A DNA stretch of 64,000 bases from Mobula hypostoma (Eukaryota), in assembly GCF_963921235.1 (NCBI RefSeq), contig NC_086108.1:32428001-32492000 (forward strand), given 5' to 3'. Position numbers and translations under genes: made by a program. Numbering within the stretch: the first letter of the stretch is position 1; every line of letters begins with the position of its first letter. Below, piece by piece: positions 39,813 to 53,149 of the stretch. Under the pieces are notes generated by a model. That model worked only from the letters and a program-made list of their open reading frames with translations, was not told the origin of the DNA and made no database searches.

Positions 39813-39848
39813 AGTCGACGTTTCAGGCCGAGACCCTTCGTCAGGACT
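39813..39848 (-). ncRNA. Minimal type I hammerhead ribozyme motif
   Basis: Reverse complement reads AGUC-CUGACGA-AGG(GUCUCGG)CCU-GAAA-CG-UC-GACU. Confidence 0.85.
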
Positions 39849-39867
39849 AACTGAAGGAAGAGTGAGT

Positions 39868-39903
39868 AGTCCTGACGAAGGGTCTCGGCCTGAAACGTCG
39901 ACT
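39868..39903 (+). ncRNA. Minimal type I hammerhead ribozyme motif
   Basis: Intact core CUGACGA 39872-39878 and GAAA 39892-39895; predicted cleavage after C39899. Confidence 0.85.
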
Positions 39904-41879
39904 GCGCCGCTTCCTATAGATGCTGCCTGGCCTGCTGCGTTCACCAGCAACTTTGATGTGTGTTGCTTGAATTTCCAGCATCTGCAGAATTCCTGTTGTT
40001 TCTTTATCCGACTGTCTTTTAAAAGTGGTAATGTATGATGTTTGTAGTATCTTTTTCTAACATGCTTAATTAGGCCTGGAAAAATGAATCATCTGGTAGA
40101 TAATAGGATTTTTTTGCAGGCTAGCTGCGTGTCTCAGTATTATAGATTCAAAATAGAACTAAGACCAGCCTTTGACCTGGATGGAATCTTAAATTTACCT
40201 GAAGCTACAGTTATTGACTGTAGAAATGTATAAGTAGGTAGAATCATTTGGTTTACCTGTTTAAATTATGGCCTCAAGAATCCAGCCCACATTACAAAAT
40301 AAACATCAAAATCCAGTGACGGATCAGCATGTGGTAAGCTTTGGAAGCATCAAAATGATGCGCAAACATTTTTGATCCATAAATAAATAAATGGTGTATT
40401 CTTCATTTGACTATAAATTAAACTTCTTTTATAGACAGGCTTACTGCCTGACTTATCTTTGCTGCCTTCATAGCTAAGTTTGAATTTATTTATCTAATGC
40501 ACAGCAAGTTCTTCTAAAAGTAGTTTAAGAAAGCGGTGAGGACTTTTACCTTATTAAGCTGTCTATAAAGTGTCCACAAAGAATGCAAGAATGTTTTTTT
40601 AAAAAAGTCAACCTTTCTAATTGTGTTTCCCAGTGCAATTTGTAAATGAGATATGTGTGTGTTTGTGTTAAAATGCATTCAGCCTTCATAAAGAATGCGA
40701 CTTATTATTGTTCCAGTAAAGTCATTCATGTCTTCATTGTTAAAAGCCAAAGGATAAACACAAGTTGAATGAATATCACAGCTCCAATCACATACACCTT
40801 GTAAGACGTAAAGCAAATGTCGAGTGTGGCAAAACAAATTTAAAATGGTATGCTGTGATTGGTTTGGTAATGATCCACTGCATTCACATATAGAGTAAAC
40901 TGAAAGCAGGTCCCCTGTCATTCTCCATGAGCAAACAGCTCGGAATTATAGAAATGTTATGTTTTTGAAAGTATTGTAATTAATTAGAAGCCATGATGAC
41001 ACCCTGGGAATGTAGAAGCAGTTGGTCCCAAAACAATTCTTGTGAGAAAATGTATGCCTTCCCACATCATTGCACTTCGTAACTCCTTGTAAGAGAAAGA
41101 GATGACTGATCTGCAGCAATATTAAAAGTTTTAGTCTTTTTTCAGTAAGCTTCAGAGGTGTGCTTGCTTTTTGCTGTTTGTTTCCATGAGTATTACTGAA
41201 GGTTAATCTTTGTATTAACAGAATGAAAATGCAGTTTCATCTGGATAAACAAAAATATTAGTATGTAGTACTGAGTGAGTTTGTAAATCTGTTGGGAGCA
41301 AAGGATTCTGGGATTAGTGAGGGTGGAGTGCTGCGGGAGGGGTATGGGGTAAGTGGCAGAGGAGGTGTGCCAGGGCAGGGGATTGGTGCAGGTCCAGAAG
41401 CACCCAGCCTGAGACATCAAGCAAGGACATTTGATTCCAAACAATTGGTTTATTAATCATTACAGAGTGTCTCTCTGGTGCTTCCTGTTCCCTCCCCTCT
41501 CCTTGCCCCCGTCCCACTCTCAGTCCACAATAGAGAGCTCTCAATCAGGTTTATCATCACTCACATATGTCATAAATTTGTTTTTTGTTTGCAGCAGTAG
41601 TACAATGCAATACATAAAGTTACTACAGTGCTGTGTAAAAGCCTTGGGTGCCCTAGCTATACACTATGTATGTGCCTAAGACTTTTGCACGGTATCTTCT
41701 ATAAAACTGAAAAAGTATAAATTTCTTTAAATGTGGAAATTGTATTTAAACCAAATACAAATATATTTTCTAAATCAAATACGAAAATATGTAGGACTAT
41801 AGTCTTTAAAATATTCCCCACCTGTAATTTTACTTTCATTGAATACACTGTGAATATGCATTGTCACTTCATTGTGGAT

Positions 41880-44800
41880 AGAGCCATAGAGTAATGCATG
41901 GATACCACAAGCCCTTTGGCCCAATGAGTCTATACTGACCATGGTGCCCACCCCCCCAGCTATTCTCAATTTCTGTGTTGGCCATCTCAGCCTAAATCTA
42001 TGCCCCCTAGTTTTAGACTCCCCTACCTTGGGGAATAGACTGTTACTATCCACCTTATTGATGTCCCTTTAGTTTTTAACATTTCTATAGGTTGCCCCTC
42101 ATTCTCCTGTGTTCCAAGGAACAAATACCTAGACTGTCCAGCCTCTCCCTATAACTCAAGCCCTCTACAGCTGCAACATATTCAAATCTTTTCTGCACTC
42201 TTTCCAGTTTAACCATGTATGTAACAAAACTGTACGTAGTACTTCAAGAGCAGCTTTATCAATGGCTTGTACAACTGCAACATAATTTCCCAATTCCTGT
42301 ACAGTACCAGTGTCCCAGATAATGAAAGCCAGTCTGCTAAATGCCTTTTTCATCAGACTGAAAAGCTTTAATGCCAATTTCAATGAACTATGTGCTTATA
42401 CTCCTAACTGCTTCTGTTTTATTACACTGCTTAATGGCCAGCCATAATATAAGTCCCACATTGGTTTGACTTTCCACATTCATCTGTATTCTGTATTGTA
42501 ACCCATTTTCCAGTAAAATACAATTTTGCATGCACTGTCCTACCCTCATCAATCTTTTTGATTACTTTTTGAAAATAAGGTTCACTAAGCATAACTTCCC
42601 ACACACAAAGCCACCTAATAAGACTCTCCAAATCGGACTCTGTTCATCTACATGCTGATAGACACTGCCCCTTAGAATTCCCTCCAGTAATTTTACCACT
42701 ACTGAAGTCAGGCTGACTGATCTATAATTCACTAGCTTGTCTTGCTACTGTTTTTAGACAGTTGAACAACATTTGCCACCTTCCAGTCTTAAGGAACTTC
42801 ATCAGTAGCTAACAGTAATGCAAATATCTCTGCAAGGGCCTCCATGCGTCCTTCTCCAGCCTTGTATAAAGTCTGAGGATGCATTTGGTCTGGCCTAAGG
42901 GATTTATCCACCTTAATATGCTACCAGGCTACAAATACCACCTCCATAGGATATGAATGTCCTCCAAAACATCTTTATTTGTTTCAATTATCTCTTGAAC
43001 AGCCATGATTTTCTTCTTAGCAAAAAAAAAGCGAAAAAATGTTCATTAAAAAATCCCATCAACTCCTGCAGCCCAAGATACAGGCGGCCCTGCTGATCTT
43101 AATATAGCCAGAGAACTTTTCGGGATTTTCCTTGACGTTTCCTGCCTGATCCATCTCGTGGCCTCTCTTTGCCCTCATGATTTCCATCTTAAGTGTATTA
43201 GAACATAGAACAGTACAGCCCCTTCAGTCCACAATATAACCTACTCCAAGATCAATCTAACCCTTCCCTCCCACACAGCCCTCCATTTTTCTTTCATCCA
43301 TTTGCCTATCTAAGAGTCTCTGAAGAGTATTCTTAATCTTTTTATAATCATCAAGGGATTTGCTTGATCTTGACCTTCTAAAACTCAACGTATTCTTCCT
43401 TTATTTTGAACATAATCTTTTGTCAACCCAAAGTTGCCAGATTTGCCCTTCATACCAATGGGAAGGTGTTGATCCCAGATTGTCTTAAAAGCCTCTGACA
43501 TGCTCCTTCCCTTTCAAACAGACTCACCTACTTGACCTCTGGTACCTGCCAAATTCCACCAAGATTAACCCTTCCAACTTAGAACCCCAACTGATGGGCC
43601 TGTCCTATCTTTTGGAATCACTATCTTAAAAGTAATAGAATAATGGTCACTAGAGCCAAAGTGCTGCCTGACTGCCAATTCAATAACTTGTCCTTAGAAT
43701 ACTCTCCTTAGTAGTGGCCTAACACTTGTAGCACAGTCAACACCTGGAAGTTAAAGTCTCCCAGTAATATTCTTAAAATATGCAATTTTTCTACACATCT
43801 GCTCAATTTCCCATTGACTGTGGGGGAGTGTCCATAATACAGCCTCATCAGTGTGACCCTCCCCTTGTTTCTAAATTCTATCCATATGGACAATCTCCCA
43901 AGAATGACATCTCCAAGTACTGCTGTTACTTCCTGCCTTGTCAACTAGGCAACAACCCCCTCCTCACTTGCCTGTACCTCTGTCATGCCTTTAGCATCTG
44001 TATCCTGGAGTATTGAGCTGCCAGTCATGCCCTACTCTCAGCCATGTTTCTGTTGTAGCTGTAACATCTAAGTTCTTGGAGCAAATTCACATTCTGAGTT
44101 TGTCTGTCTTACCTGTTAAACCTCGAGCACTGAAATCAGTTTAGCTAAGTATTCCTCTCTGTCTTTAATGTTTCCTGACTACCCTGATTACTAGACTTGC
44201 TCTCACTGCCTCTTGCTTTATCCCATGACTTCATCCGACTCAAGAGTCCCACCCCCTGTAAATCTAGTTTAAATCCTCCTGTGTAGCACTTGCAAAATTC
44301 CTTGCAGGGATATTGATCCCTCTCTGGTTCAAGTGTAACCTGTCTTGTCCCTCTTGTACAGATTGCCTCTACATAGATCCTAATAGTCCAAGAATCTAAA
44401 TCCCTGTACCAGCTCCTCAGCCACAAATTCATCAGACCTCTCTATTTCTGATCTCAGTAGTGTGTAGCACTATGAGTAATCTGGAGATCACTGCTCTTGG
44501 AGTCTTGCTTCTTAACTTCTTACCTAACTCAATAATTCCACAGGATCTCGTGCAGAAACATCCCTGACCCTGGCACCCAGGAGGCAACAGCCAAATTGGT
44601 GTCCTTTCTGCAGTCACGAGAACTCTTGTCTATCCTCTCACTCCTCACTCCCCAGCCGCCCCCCCATATCAAGTCAACAATCACTGTCATCTGTCTACAG
44701 CCGTCCCTTCTCAGCCTCAGAACTGCCCCAGAAATTGGACTGGTGCTGTTGAAAAAAAAATCCCCTCAACAGTATCTAGGTATACCTGTTAGTGAGGGGA

Positions 44801-44960
44801 ATGGTCACAGCAGAAGCCTGTACTGACTGCTTATGCCCCTTAACTTGTCTAGAGCTAGTTCTTTGGGGGTAACCATCTCAGTAAAAGTCTAATTTAAGAG
44901 GTTCTCAGCCTCCCAGATGATCCTGAGTACATTCAGCTCCAGTTCCTTGACCTGGTCTGT
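41880..44960 (-). mobile_element. Old, heavily decayed long CR1 LINE
   Basis: Minus-strand remnants in order: ORF1 esterase (ELGKKLRSKT, MNLWLRSW), APE (GDFNF), RT and 3' tail. Confidence 0.75.
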
Positions 44961-45799
44961 CAATAGTTGGAGCTATTATATTTAAAACCTTCTTAGCCAC
45001 TAACACTGGATAAATGGAGGAGAAACAGCACAATTCTTGTCCTAATTTTCTCCTTTATTATGTTTCAAAACACTCTGTAACCATGTTAGTGTTTAGGCAG
45101 TTTGTCTGTTTTGATCAGCTGTAGATTGAAGGATTGCAAAAATGAATTTTGGTCAGTTCTGGTTGAAAAATGAGTTAGAACAAATGGAAGTGGATTTCAT
45201 GCATAATTGAAATCAGAACAGCCTAATTTAGGTACTTTAAAAAAAATAGTTGAACCCAGAGTCTTACATACAACGTGCAATTAGTTGTTGCCTTTTTCAC
45301 TTGCTGTATAGAAAACCCTTAGTTTTTAGCATGCCTGCAATATGTTTGTAACTTCTTTGTAACTTTCTTCCTCCCTCCCTGTTCTTCATTCCCCACATTG
45401 TTCCTTAATACCATGGATAATCCCATAGGTAAGAGAACAGGTGGGTGCTGTGCCTGGTGTTGGACAGTGCCTTTTGAGCATGTTTTTTTTTGCACGATAG
45501 TCTGTGAGATGGGCTTATTTTATTCTTAATGGTTTTCCTCCTTCTCTTGCACTCAGTAATACTCTGCCTCTTAATTAGCATCTCTGTTAGTTTTTCACCT
45601 CTGACAACTGCCTGGGTTACCATAAGCATGAATCAACTAGTACAGATCATAGGGCAGGTTGCTGTCAGTAGTGGAAGTTTTTGACAATTAATAGGCTGTA
45701 AGGCATAATGACACATTTTTCACCATTATTTAAATTCCCTAGAGGTGGTATAGTGAAGAAAATATTTTTTAACATTAGGGGGGAGAAAAAGGACTTCAA

Positions 45800-45953
45800 T
45801 AGAAACAGAGAAAACCTACAGCACAATACAGGGCCTTCAGCCTACAAAGCTGTGCCGAACATGTCCTTACCTTAGAACTACCTAGACTTGCCCATAGCTC
45901 TCTATTTTTCTAAGCTCCATGTATCCATCCACGAGTCTCTTAAAAGACCCTAT
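45800..45953 (-). mobile_element. CR1 3' tail fragment
   Basis: Reverse complement matches about 10155-10310. Confidence 0.85.
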
Positions 45954-47049
45954 CGTTTAATATTAAGGGAAGTTGCTTTCTTGAATTTTACTTTGTGTTG
46001 TAACTGTGTTTTAATGTCAATTTTGTTCAGTATATCTGCATTGTACAAGCTGACATTAACTTGCTGTTTATAATTGAGTGAAAACAAGGATAATTCAACA
46101 GCATGGCAAGAACTATTAAGTCTTACCTTGATTTCTAAGTAAAATATTAAATACTTTTTAATCATCTGAATTTTTACAATATAATGTGATTTGATTGTTT
46201 TGAATCGTTCTGAAAATTGTACTGAGATCCATGAAAATAAAGTTATTTAAAGGGAAGTTGTAATAAAGCTATTTATTCAAGGGAAGTACGTGCATTTTGT
46301 AAGAATATGTAAACATAGCAACAGGCTGTCTCTAAAATTTCAGTTGAACAATTAATTAATCTCATTTGAGGTTTGATCACCAATATTAACCAGTTTGTTC
46401 TAGTCCTCAGATTATTGAATAGTAAAAATAAGTTATTCCAGGCTTGTGTAAATGTGAAAAACAACAGGATATATTAAAGAAAAGTAATATTCATCAAATT
46501 GCCCATTTCAGTCTGGGTGTTGCAGTAAGAGAAATTTTCTCTCGTCTCCTGATCAGTATTTCAGAATGCCATTTCAAGTATTGCAGTTTACAAATTATTC
46601 TAATTTGATCACTTCTCTTTCCACAAGGATGCTACAAATGCTCCAAACAAGCACCAAAATTGCTTTTTAAGTGTTTTAATATTAAATCAGCAGTCTTCCT
46701 CCCTTTAGTGTTGATGACCATTTGGCCAGTGTTTCATAAATACGGTTTATCATTTGATAAAGTATGAATTATACTCTTCAAAAGTAGAATTTCCAAAGTC
46801 TTGTCTCAGATTGTGCAATACTATATAGCTGCAAATTCCAGTTAATTAGCTGCAATCTGGTCAAACGACCAATGAGTTTTATCCTGCAGCTGGATCATAT
46901 ATTGATCAAGTACTTGGTACAAACTATCAGATCATATGTAACAGTTCATATATCACATGTACATTGAAACATACAGTGAAATGTGTTGTAAAACAACCAA
47001 CACATGCAAGGTTGTTCTGGGGGCAGCTCACAAGTAGTCACTACATATT

Positions 47050-47287
47050 ACATAGAAACATAGAAACATAGAAAATAGGTGCAGGAGTAGGCCATTCGGC
47101 CCTTCGAGCCTGCACCGCCATTTATTATGATCATGGCTGATCATCCAACTCAGAACCCAGCCTTCCCTCCATACCCCCTGACCCCTGTAGCCACAAGGGC
47201 CATATCTAACTTCCTTTTAAACATAGCTAATGAACTGGCCTCAACAGTTTGCTGTGGCAGAGAATTCCACAGATTCACCACTCTCTG
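47050..47287 (-). mobile_element. Young CR1 3' fragment
   Basis: Tandem catagaaa tail; matches the 26010-26243 / 50547 subfamily. Confidence 0.9.
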
Positions 47288-48137
47288 ATCCAATACCAAA
47301 CTGATGCAGCCAATTCGAATGCTCTCCATGATACATCTGTTGAAATTTGCAAGCATTTTTGGTGACAGTCTGTACCAAATCTCCTCAAACTCTTAATGAA
47401 AATGTAGCCCCTGTCTTTCCTCCTTTAGAGCTGCATTGATATGTTGGGTCCAGGTTAGGTCCTCAGAGATATTGACTCCCAGGAACTTGAAATTGCTCAC
47501 TCTCTCCACTTCTGATCCCTCTGAGGACTGGTGTGTGTTCCCTCATCTTACTCTTCTTAAGCTCACAACCATTTCTTTGGATTTACTGATGTTGACTGCA
47601 CAGTTGTTGTCATGACACCACTCAACTACCTGGTATATCTCAGTCCTGCCAGTAATGGTTATGTTGTCAGCAAATGTATAGCTGGCATTTGAGCTGTGCC
47701 TAGCCACACAGTTATGGGTGTAGAAAGAGTAGAGCAGTAGGCTAAGCACACATCCCTGAAGTAGGCTAGTGTTGATTGTCAGCGAGCTGGAGATGTTATT
47801 TCCAATCCATACAGATTGTGGTCTTACACTTAAGAAGTGGAGGATCCAGTTGCAGAGGGTGGTACAGATGCCCGGGTTCTGGAACTTTTCAGTCAGAACT
47901 GTAGGAATGATGGTGTTAAATGCTGACCTATAGTCAACCATCAGCATCTTGACATAGGTATTTGTATTGTCCAGATGATCCAAGGCCACGTAGAGAGCCA
48001 ATGAAACCATCTGTGTACACCTGTTGTGGCTGGCAATAGGCAAATTACAGTGGGTCCTTGCTGAGGCAGTAGTTGATTCTAGCTATAACCAACCTCTCAA
48101 AGCACTTCAGCACTGTAGATGTGGGTGCTACTGGATA
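47288..48137 (-). mobile_element. Rex1/Babar-type LINE RT fragment
   Basis: ORFs with LKCFERLV, DPLQFAY-like region, VDYRSAFNTI, CNWILHFL, QGCVLS-LLYS-YT and FADN. Confidence 0.85.
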
Positions 48138-48560
48138 CAACACACACAAAATGCTGTAGGAACTCAGCAGGTCGGGCAGCATCAATGTTTCAGGCTGAGA
48201 CCCTTCTTTAGGACCAGAAAGGAAAGGGGAAGATGCCAGAATAAAAAGACAACGGGAGGGGAAGGAGGATGCTAGAAGCTGAAAGGTGAAGTCAGGTGCG
48301 TGGGAAAGGTAAAAGGCTGAAGAAGAAGGGCAAACACGAGAAAATCTGCCGATGCTGTAAATCCCAGCAACACACACACACAATGCTGGAGGAGGGAATC
48401 TGATAGTAGAGGAAAGTGGACCACAGGAGATTGGTGGGGAGGAATGAATAGGCAAAGGAATCATGGAGGGAGTGATCACAGTGGAAAGGGAAGGGGGGTA
48501 AATATGTGGTGACAGGATCCCTTTGGCGATGGCAGAAGTTGCAGAGAATGAAAGTTGCAA
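48138..48560 (-). mobile_element. Older Penelope-like end fragments
   Basis: Same head as 26545; decayed hammerhead gtttcaggctgagacccttctttagga. Confidence 0.7.
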
Positions 48561-50069
48561 TTTGATGCTGGCTTCCTATCTCCCACATATTATGAAAATT
48601 GCATTCAGTAGGCTTAAGCATCACCTAATGTAATTTAATCAAGTACTACTGAAATCTGAAACATACACGTGTTATTACGCTGATTTTCAGATTTTTGAGG
48701 CCATGATAATTACCTGTTCCCTTTCTGTACTATGGTATAGTTGGCAAAGTTTTATTTGTTTTCTTCATTTCATTGTATATTAATTATCAGTAGTTGAAAG
48801 TTTAAATTATTTTTAGAATCATTAGTTTTAGTTTTGTTTTTATATCTATTGCTGCTGTTTTGAAATTCTCTGACAATAAACTCAAACAGTTCTTTGCCAC
48901 CACAAGCTACCAGAGTGATGCTGATGAAGAGTTAAGATGGCTCTTAGGAGCTGACCCTAAGGCCTGGTTGCAAGCATAGCTTGATTGACTTGTGAATTGG
49001 GTAAGAATAAAGACCTTGAGATTGTCAAGAGTGATGTGGCTGCAAAAAATTAGTGCAGGTGAGCATGGGCAGCAGATGGAATTGAGTCCGGTCGAGTCCA
49101 TTGAGACTATTCAAAACTGAATCATATTTCAATACTGAAAGAATAAGCTGAAAAATGGACATGAGGCAAAAGATCGTATTAAATGTTTGAGGGCTATACA
49201 GACTACTCTTTTTACTTGCAATCATGTGGAAAGAGGAACATGATGTTATAGTGAAAAGACAAATCTGTGGCCCTGATTGTCAAAAGACAATAGACTGAAA
49301 TAAAATTTCTTCATGCTAATATATTACAGCTCTTTACGCAATGTTGTCTTTAATTGCACTTTAGAGATTGTTGAATACCACATATTCAGTGTGGTTTATG
49401 ATTCATAGATCTCTGCTGTCCTTTTATGTCCCTTTTCACTTCCCATATTATACTGCTAATTGAGAGGTGGGAGGATGTAATTTCTATTCCATGATTGAAG
49501 CAAAGTTCAACTTGAACAATTTTCTGCAAAATGTCGGCAAGTCAAAGTAGTAAATAACTGCCCTAATTATTTGTCCAGTTGTAACCTTCCACTTGCTGTT
49601 ATGATCACAGCCTGATTGAAAAGCAATTAACACAGCAGATGGTTAGATAATCAGGTAGAATTTTTATTTTTAAACTACGTTTAATTCTTGCATCATGTGA
49701 ATTTTGATTATTTCAGAAACTAATCTAGAAATAGTCCATGAACTTATCCACTACAATTATCATTGAAACAGACGTTTCATTGCATTGCTGGGGGCAGAAT
49801 GGTAAGTTAACTTGGTCAAGTAACAAAAAGCAACTATACGCTGGAAATCTGAAATTAAAAGAACTGCTGAAGATGCCGAGCAGTTTAGCTAATATCTGTG
49901 GTTAGAGAAACAGTTAATGTTTTGGTTGGTGACTTTTTTCATTCTACAGATGCCATGTGGATTGTTGAACACCTTCAGCATCTGTTTTTTTTTGTTTCTT
50001 ACGTCCTGACATCCTGCCCAAATGTGTATCCTGTAATCACTCTCTAAACAACAAACAGTTCATGTGAAG

Positions 50070-50200
50070 GAGATTGCTTTATCTAAAGGGGCTGCTCTGT
50101 TTTCTACTTTACCACCATGGCTGCACTTGAAAGAATTTAATTGGCAGTAAAACATCTTGAGATGTCCCAAGGTTGTCAAAGATATATAAAAAAATCTTTT
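50070..50200 (+). mobile_element. Ancient SINE/L2-type 3' tail (Deu/AmnSINE-like)
   Basis: gcacttgaaag..aattggcagtaaaacatcttgagatgtcc..aaagatatataaa resembles L2-derived SINE tails. A similar minus-strand remnant lies near 30300-30520. Confidence 0.45.
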
Positions 50201-50546
50201 CCTCACATATTAAAAGGCAGTTGTTGTCTTTAGCCAGTAGCAAAAGATGGCAGCTACTCAAACCACATATTCCCTAACCAACTATATGAGTGTTGACAAT
50301 AATGCAAAATTCTCATAGGTACTTGAATTAAAAATGAAAATATTTAAAATTTGACCAGTCTGTATAACCTCCCAAGATAATTTACTTTGTAAGATTATAA
50401 CCTAGAGGAGTGAAACCAGGAAGCGCTCTGCCAAAAAAAAAATGGTGGTTTGGAACTCTTTCCCAAAAGACTCTATGCATGTACACTTGACACTTTTAGT
50501 ACCCACAGATAGTTTTTTTTTAAATATCAGGGTACACAGGGAAAGT

Positions 50547-52028
50547 AAACATAGAAAATAGGTGCAGGAGCAGGCCATTCGTCCCTTCGAGCCTGCACCG
50601 CCATTTATTATGATCATGGCTGATCATCCAACTCAGAACCCAGCCTTCCCTCCATACCCCCTGACCACCGTAGCCACAAGGGCCATATCTAACTCCCTCT
50701 TAAATATAGCCAATGAACTGGCCTCAACAGTTTCCTGTGGCAGAGAATTCCACAGATTCACCACTCTCTGTGTGAAGAAGTTTTTCCTCATCTCAGTCCT
50801 AAAAGGCTTCCCCTCTATCCTCAAACGGTGGCCCCTCGTTCTGGACTTCCCCAACATCGGGAACAATCTTCCTGCATCTAGCCTGTCCAATCCCTTTAGG
50901 ATTTTATAAGTTTCAATCAGATCCCCCCTCAATCTTCTAAATTCCAACGAGTACAAGCCCAGTTCATCCAGTCTTTCTTCATATGAAAGTCCTGCCATCC
51001 CAGGAATCAATCTGGTGAACCTTCTTTGTACTCCCCCTATGGCAAAGATGTCTTTCCTCAGATTAGGGGACCAAAACTGCACACAATACTCCAGGTGTGG
51101 TCTCACCAAGGCCTTGTACAACTGCAGTAGTACCTCCCTGCTCCTGTACTCGAATCCTCTTGCTATAAATGCCAGCATACCATTCGCCTTTTTCACCGCC
51201 TGCTGTACCTGCATGCCCACTTTCAATGACTGGTGTATAATGACACCCAGGTCTCGTTGCACCTCCCCTTTTCCTAATCGGCCACCATTCAGATAATAAG
51301 CTGTTTTCCTATTTTTGCCACCAAAGTGGATAACTTCACATTTATCCACATTAAATTGCATCTGCCATGAATTTGCCCACTCACCCAACCTATCCAAGTC
51401 ACCCTGCATCCTCTTAGCATCCTCCTCACTGCTAACACTGCCACCCAGCTTCATGTCATCCGCAAACTTGGAGATGCTGCATTTAATTCCCTCATCCAAG
51501 TCATTAATATATATTGTAAACAACTGGGGTCCCAGCACTGAGCCTTGCGGTACCCCACTAGTCACCGCCTGCCATTCTGAAAAGGTCCCGTTTATTCCCA
51601 CTCTTTGCTTCCTGTCTGCTAACCAATTCTCCACCCACACCAATACCTTACCCCCAATACCGTGTGCTTTAAGTTTGCACACTAATCTCCTGTGTGGGAC
51701 CTCGTCAAAAGCCTTTTGAAAATCCAAATATACCACATCCACTGGTTCTCCCCTATCCACTCTACTAGTTACATCCTCAAAAAATTCTATGAGATTCGTC
51801 AGACATGATTTTCCTTTCACAAATCCATGCTGACTTTGTCCGATCATTTCACCGCTTTCCAAATGTGCTGTTATCACATCCTTGATAACTGACTCCAGCA
51901 GTTTCCCCACCACCGACGTTAGGCTAACCGGTCTATAATTCCCCGGTTTCTCTCTCCCTCCTTTTTTAAAAAGTGGGGTTACATTAGCCACCCTCCAATC
52001 CTCAGGAACTAGCCCAGAATCTAACGAG
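50547..52028 (-). mobile_element. Young 5'-truncated CR1 LINE with uninterrupted RT/C-terminal ORF
   Basis: ORF 50633-52138 is nearly identical in protein to the 24752-26154 region; CR1 tail at 50547. Confidence 0.95.
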
Positions 52029-53149
52029 TATTGGCTTCCACTGTTTTCCAATAAAAACTCATCCAGTCGATCATCTAGTTGACAGAAATGAGATGGACAC
52101 ACATGGAATGTGCCAAACCTGATCCCCAGTTGTCCCACTACCTAATTTAAGCAGGAGTGCTTGGGGAATGCAATACTGTCCAGAAGCATTGACTTGGATT
52201 CCCACTGCAACCTGCTATGCTGCACATTCTCTATTGGAAATCAAATACGTCAGAGACTCTAATGGGTTCAAATCATGGTTCACTTTCAATGGATTGGACT
52301 ACAATGAAAGCAATTCAATCTGCATAATTGGAGAAAAATATTCTACAGGAAAATATGCGTATCTCCATTTGAGTTCCATAAATTGTGGAGCCTCCAAATT
52401 ACTATATGTCATCACCATATTCATTTTTGTTTTTGAAAAAAAAAAGATCAGTGGATTTGAGTTCACAAACCAGTCTTCGGTCATTGTATCAAATATCACA
52501 GAGGATAGCCTGGAATCCTTTGTTTATGTTGACAATAGCTGAGTAGTTTTATATTTTTATGCTTTCACCATAGTCTAAGATAGTACCCTCTTCAAATATT
52601 TATTCAGTTCCCTTTCAGAGGAAAATATACCATCGAATCTACTCTTCCATCATTTCAAGGTAATACAGTATTCTAGATCAACAATGAAGAAAAAATTTTC
52701 CCTTCTCTTTTGTGCCTTTGTGCTAATTATAGGTTAATGGGAGGACACATTTATTTACTGATTGTTATCCTTTATAATGAATATATATTTAATGTCAGTC
52801 TCTTTACACTCTGGAGCTTCTTTAATCTTTCCACTCAAGTTTAATGGTTTTAATTTCATAGATTCTAATGAATGAAGCACAGTGTGTAAGGCTATTAACT
52901 TATTAAAATGAAAATCAATTTGAGAATTTTTGCTGTTCTCACCTCAAGAACCTAAGTTTGCTTCCAAGCTTAGAATGAAAACTTATTTTACTTTCTGGAG
53001 GATTTAATGAAGAATAACTAAGTGTGTGATTTCATCCTCATTCTTGAAAACATGAAATATACTTGTAGATTTGTTAAACTAAATACAGAAGGAAGTTGCA
53101 GTCAAAAAGAAATATCTTTTTTTTTGTACCCTGTTTTTACTCAAGGAGT

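Larger units (their letters stand above)
39753..39995. mobile_element. Penelope-like fold-back mini-insertion
   Basis: 97-nt inverted arms (39753-39849 and 39867-39963, one mismatch seen) with a 17-nt spacer. Duplication ttgtttctttatccgac at 39738-39754 and 39996-40012. Confidence 0.93.

Noticed and set aside
48920..48950. CUGAUGA followed by an agag/ctct stem
   Set aside because: No GAAA after the stem, so not a hammerhead core.
49716..49801. Exon-like segment bounded by tttcag and gtaagt
   Set aside because: Stop codons in all three frames and no recognisable product.
50633..52138. 501-aa uninterrupted RT ORF as a domesticated host gene
   Set aside because: It is a 5'-truncated young CR1 nearly identical to another copy in the window. 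The N-terminal roughly 37 residues are read-in from flanking DNA, and it ends in a normal CR1 tail.
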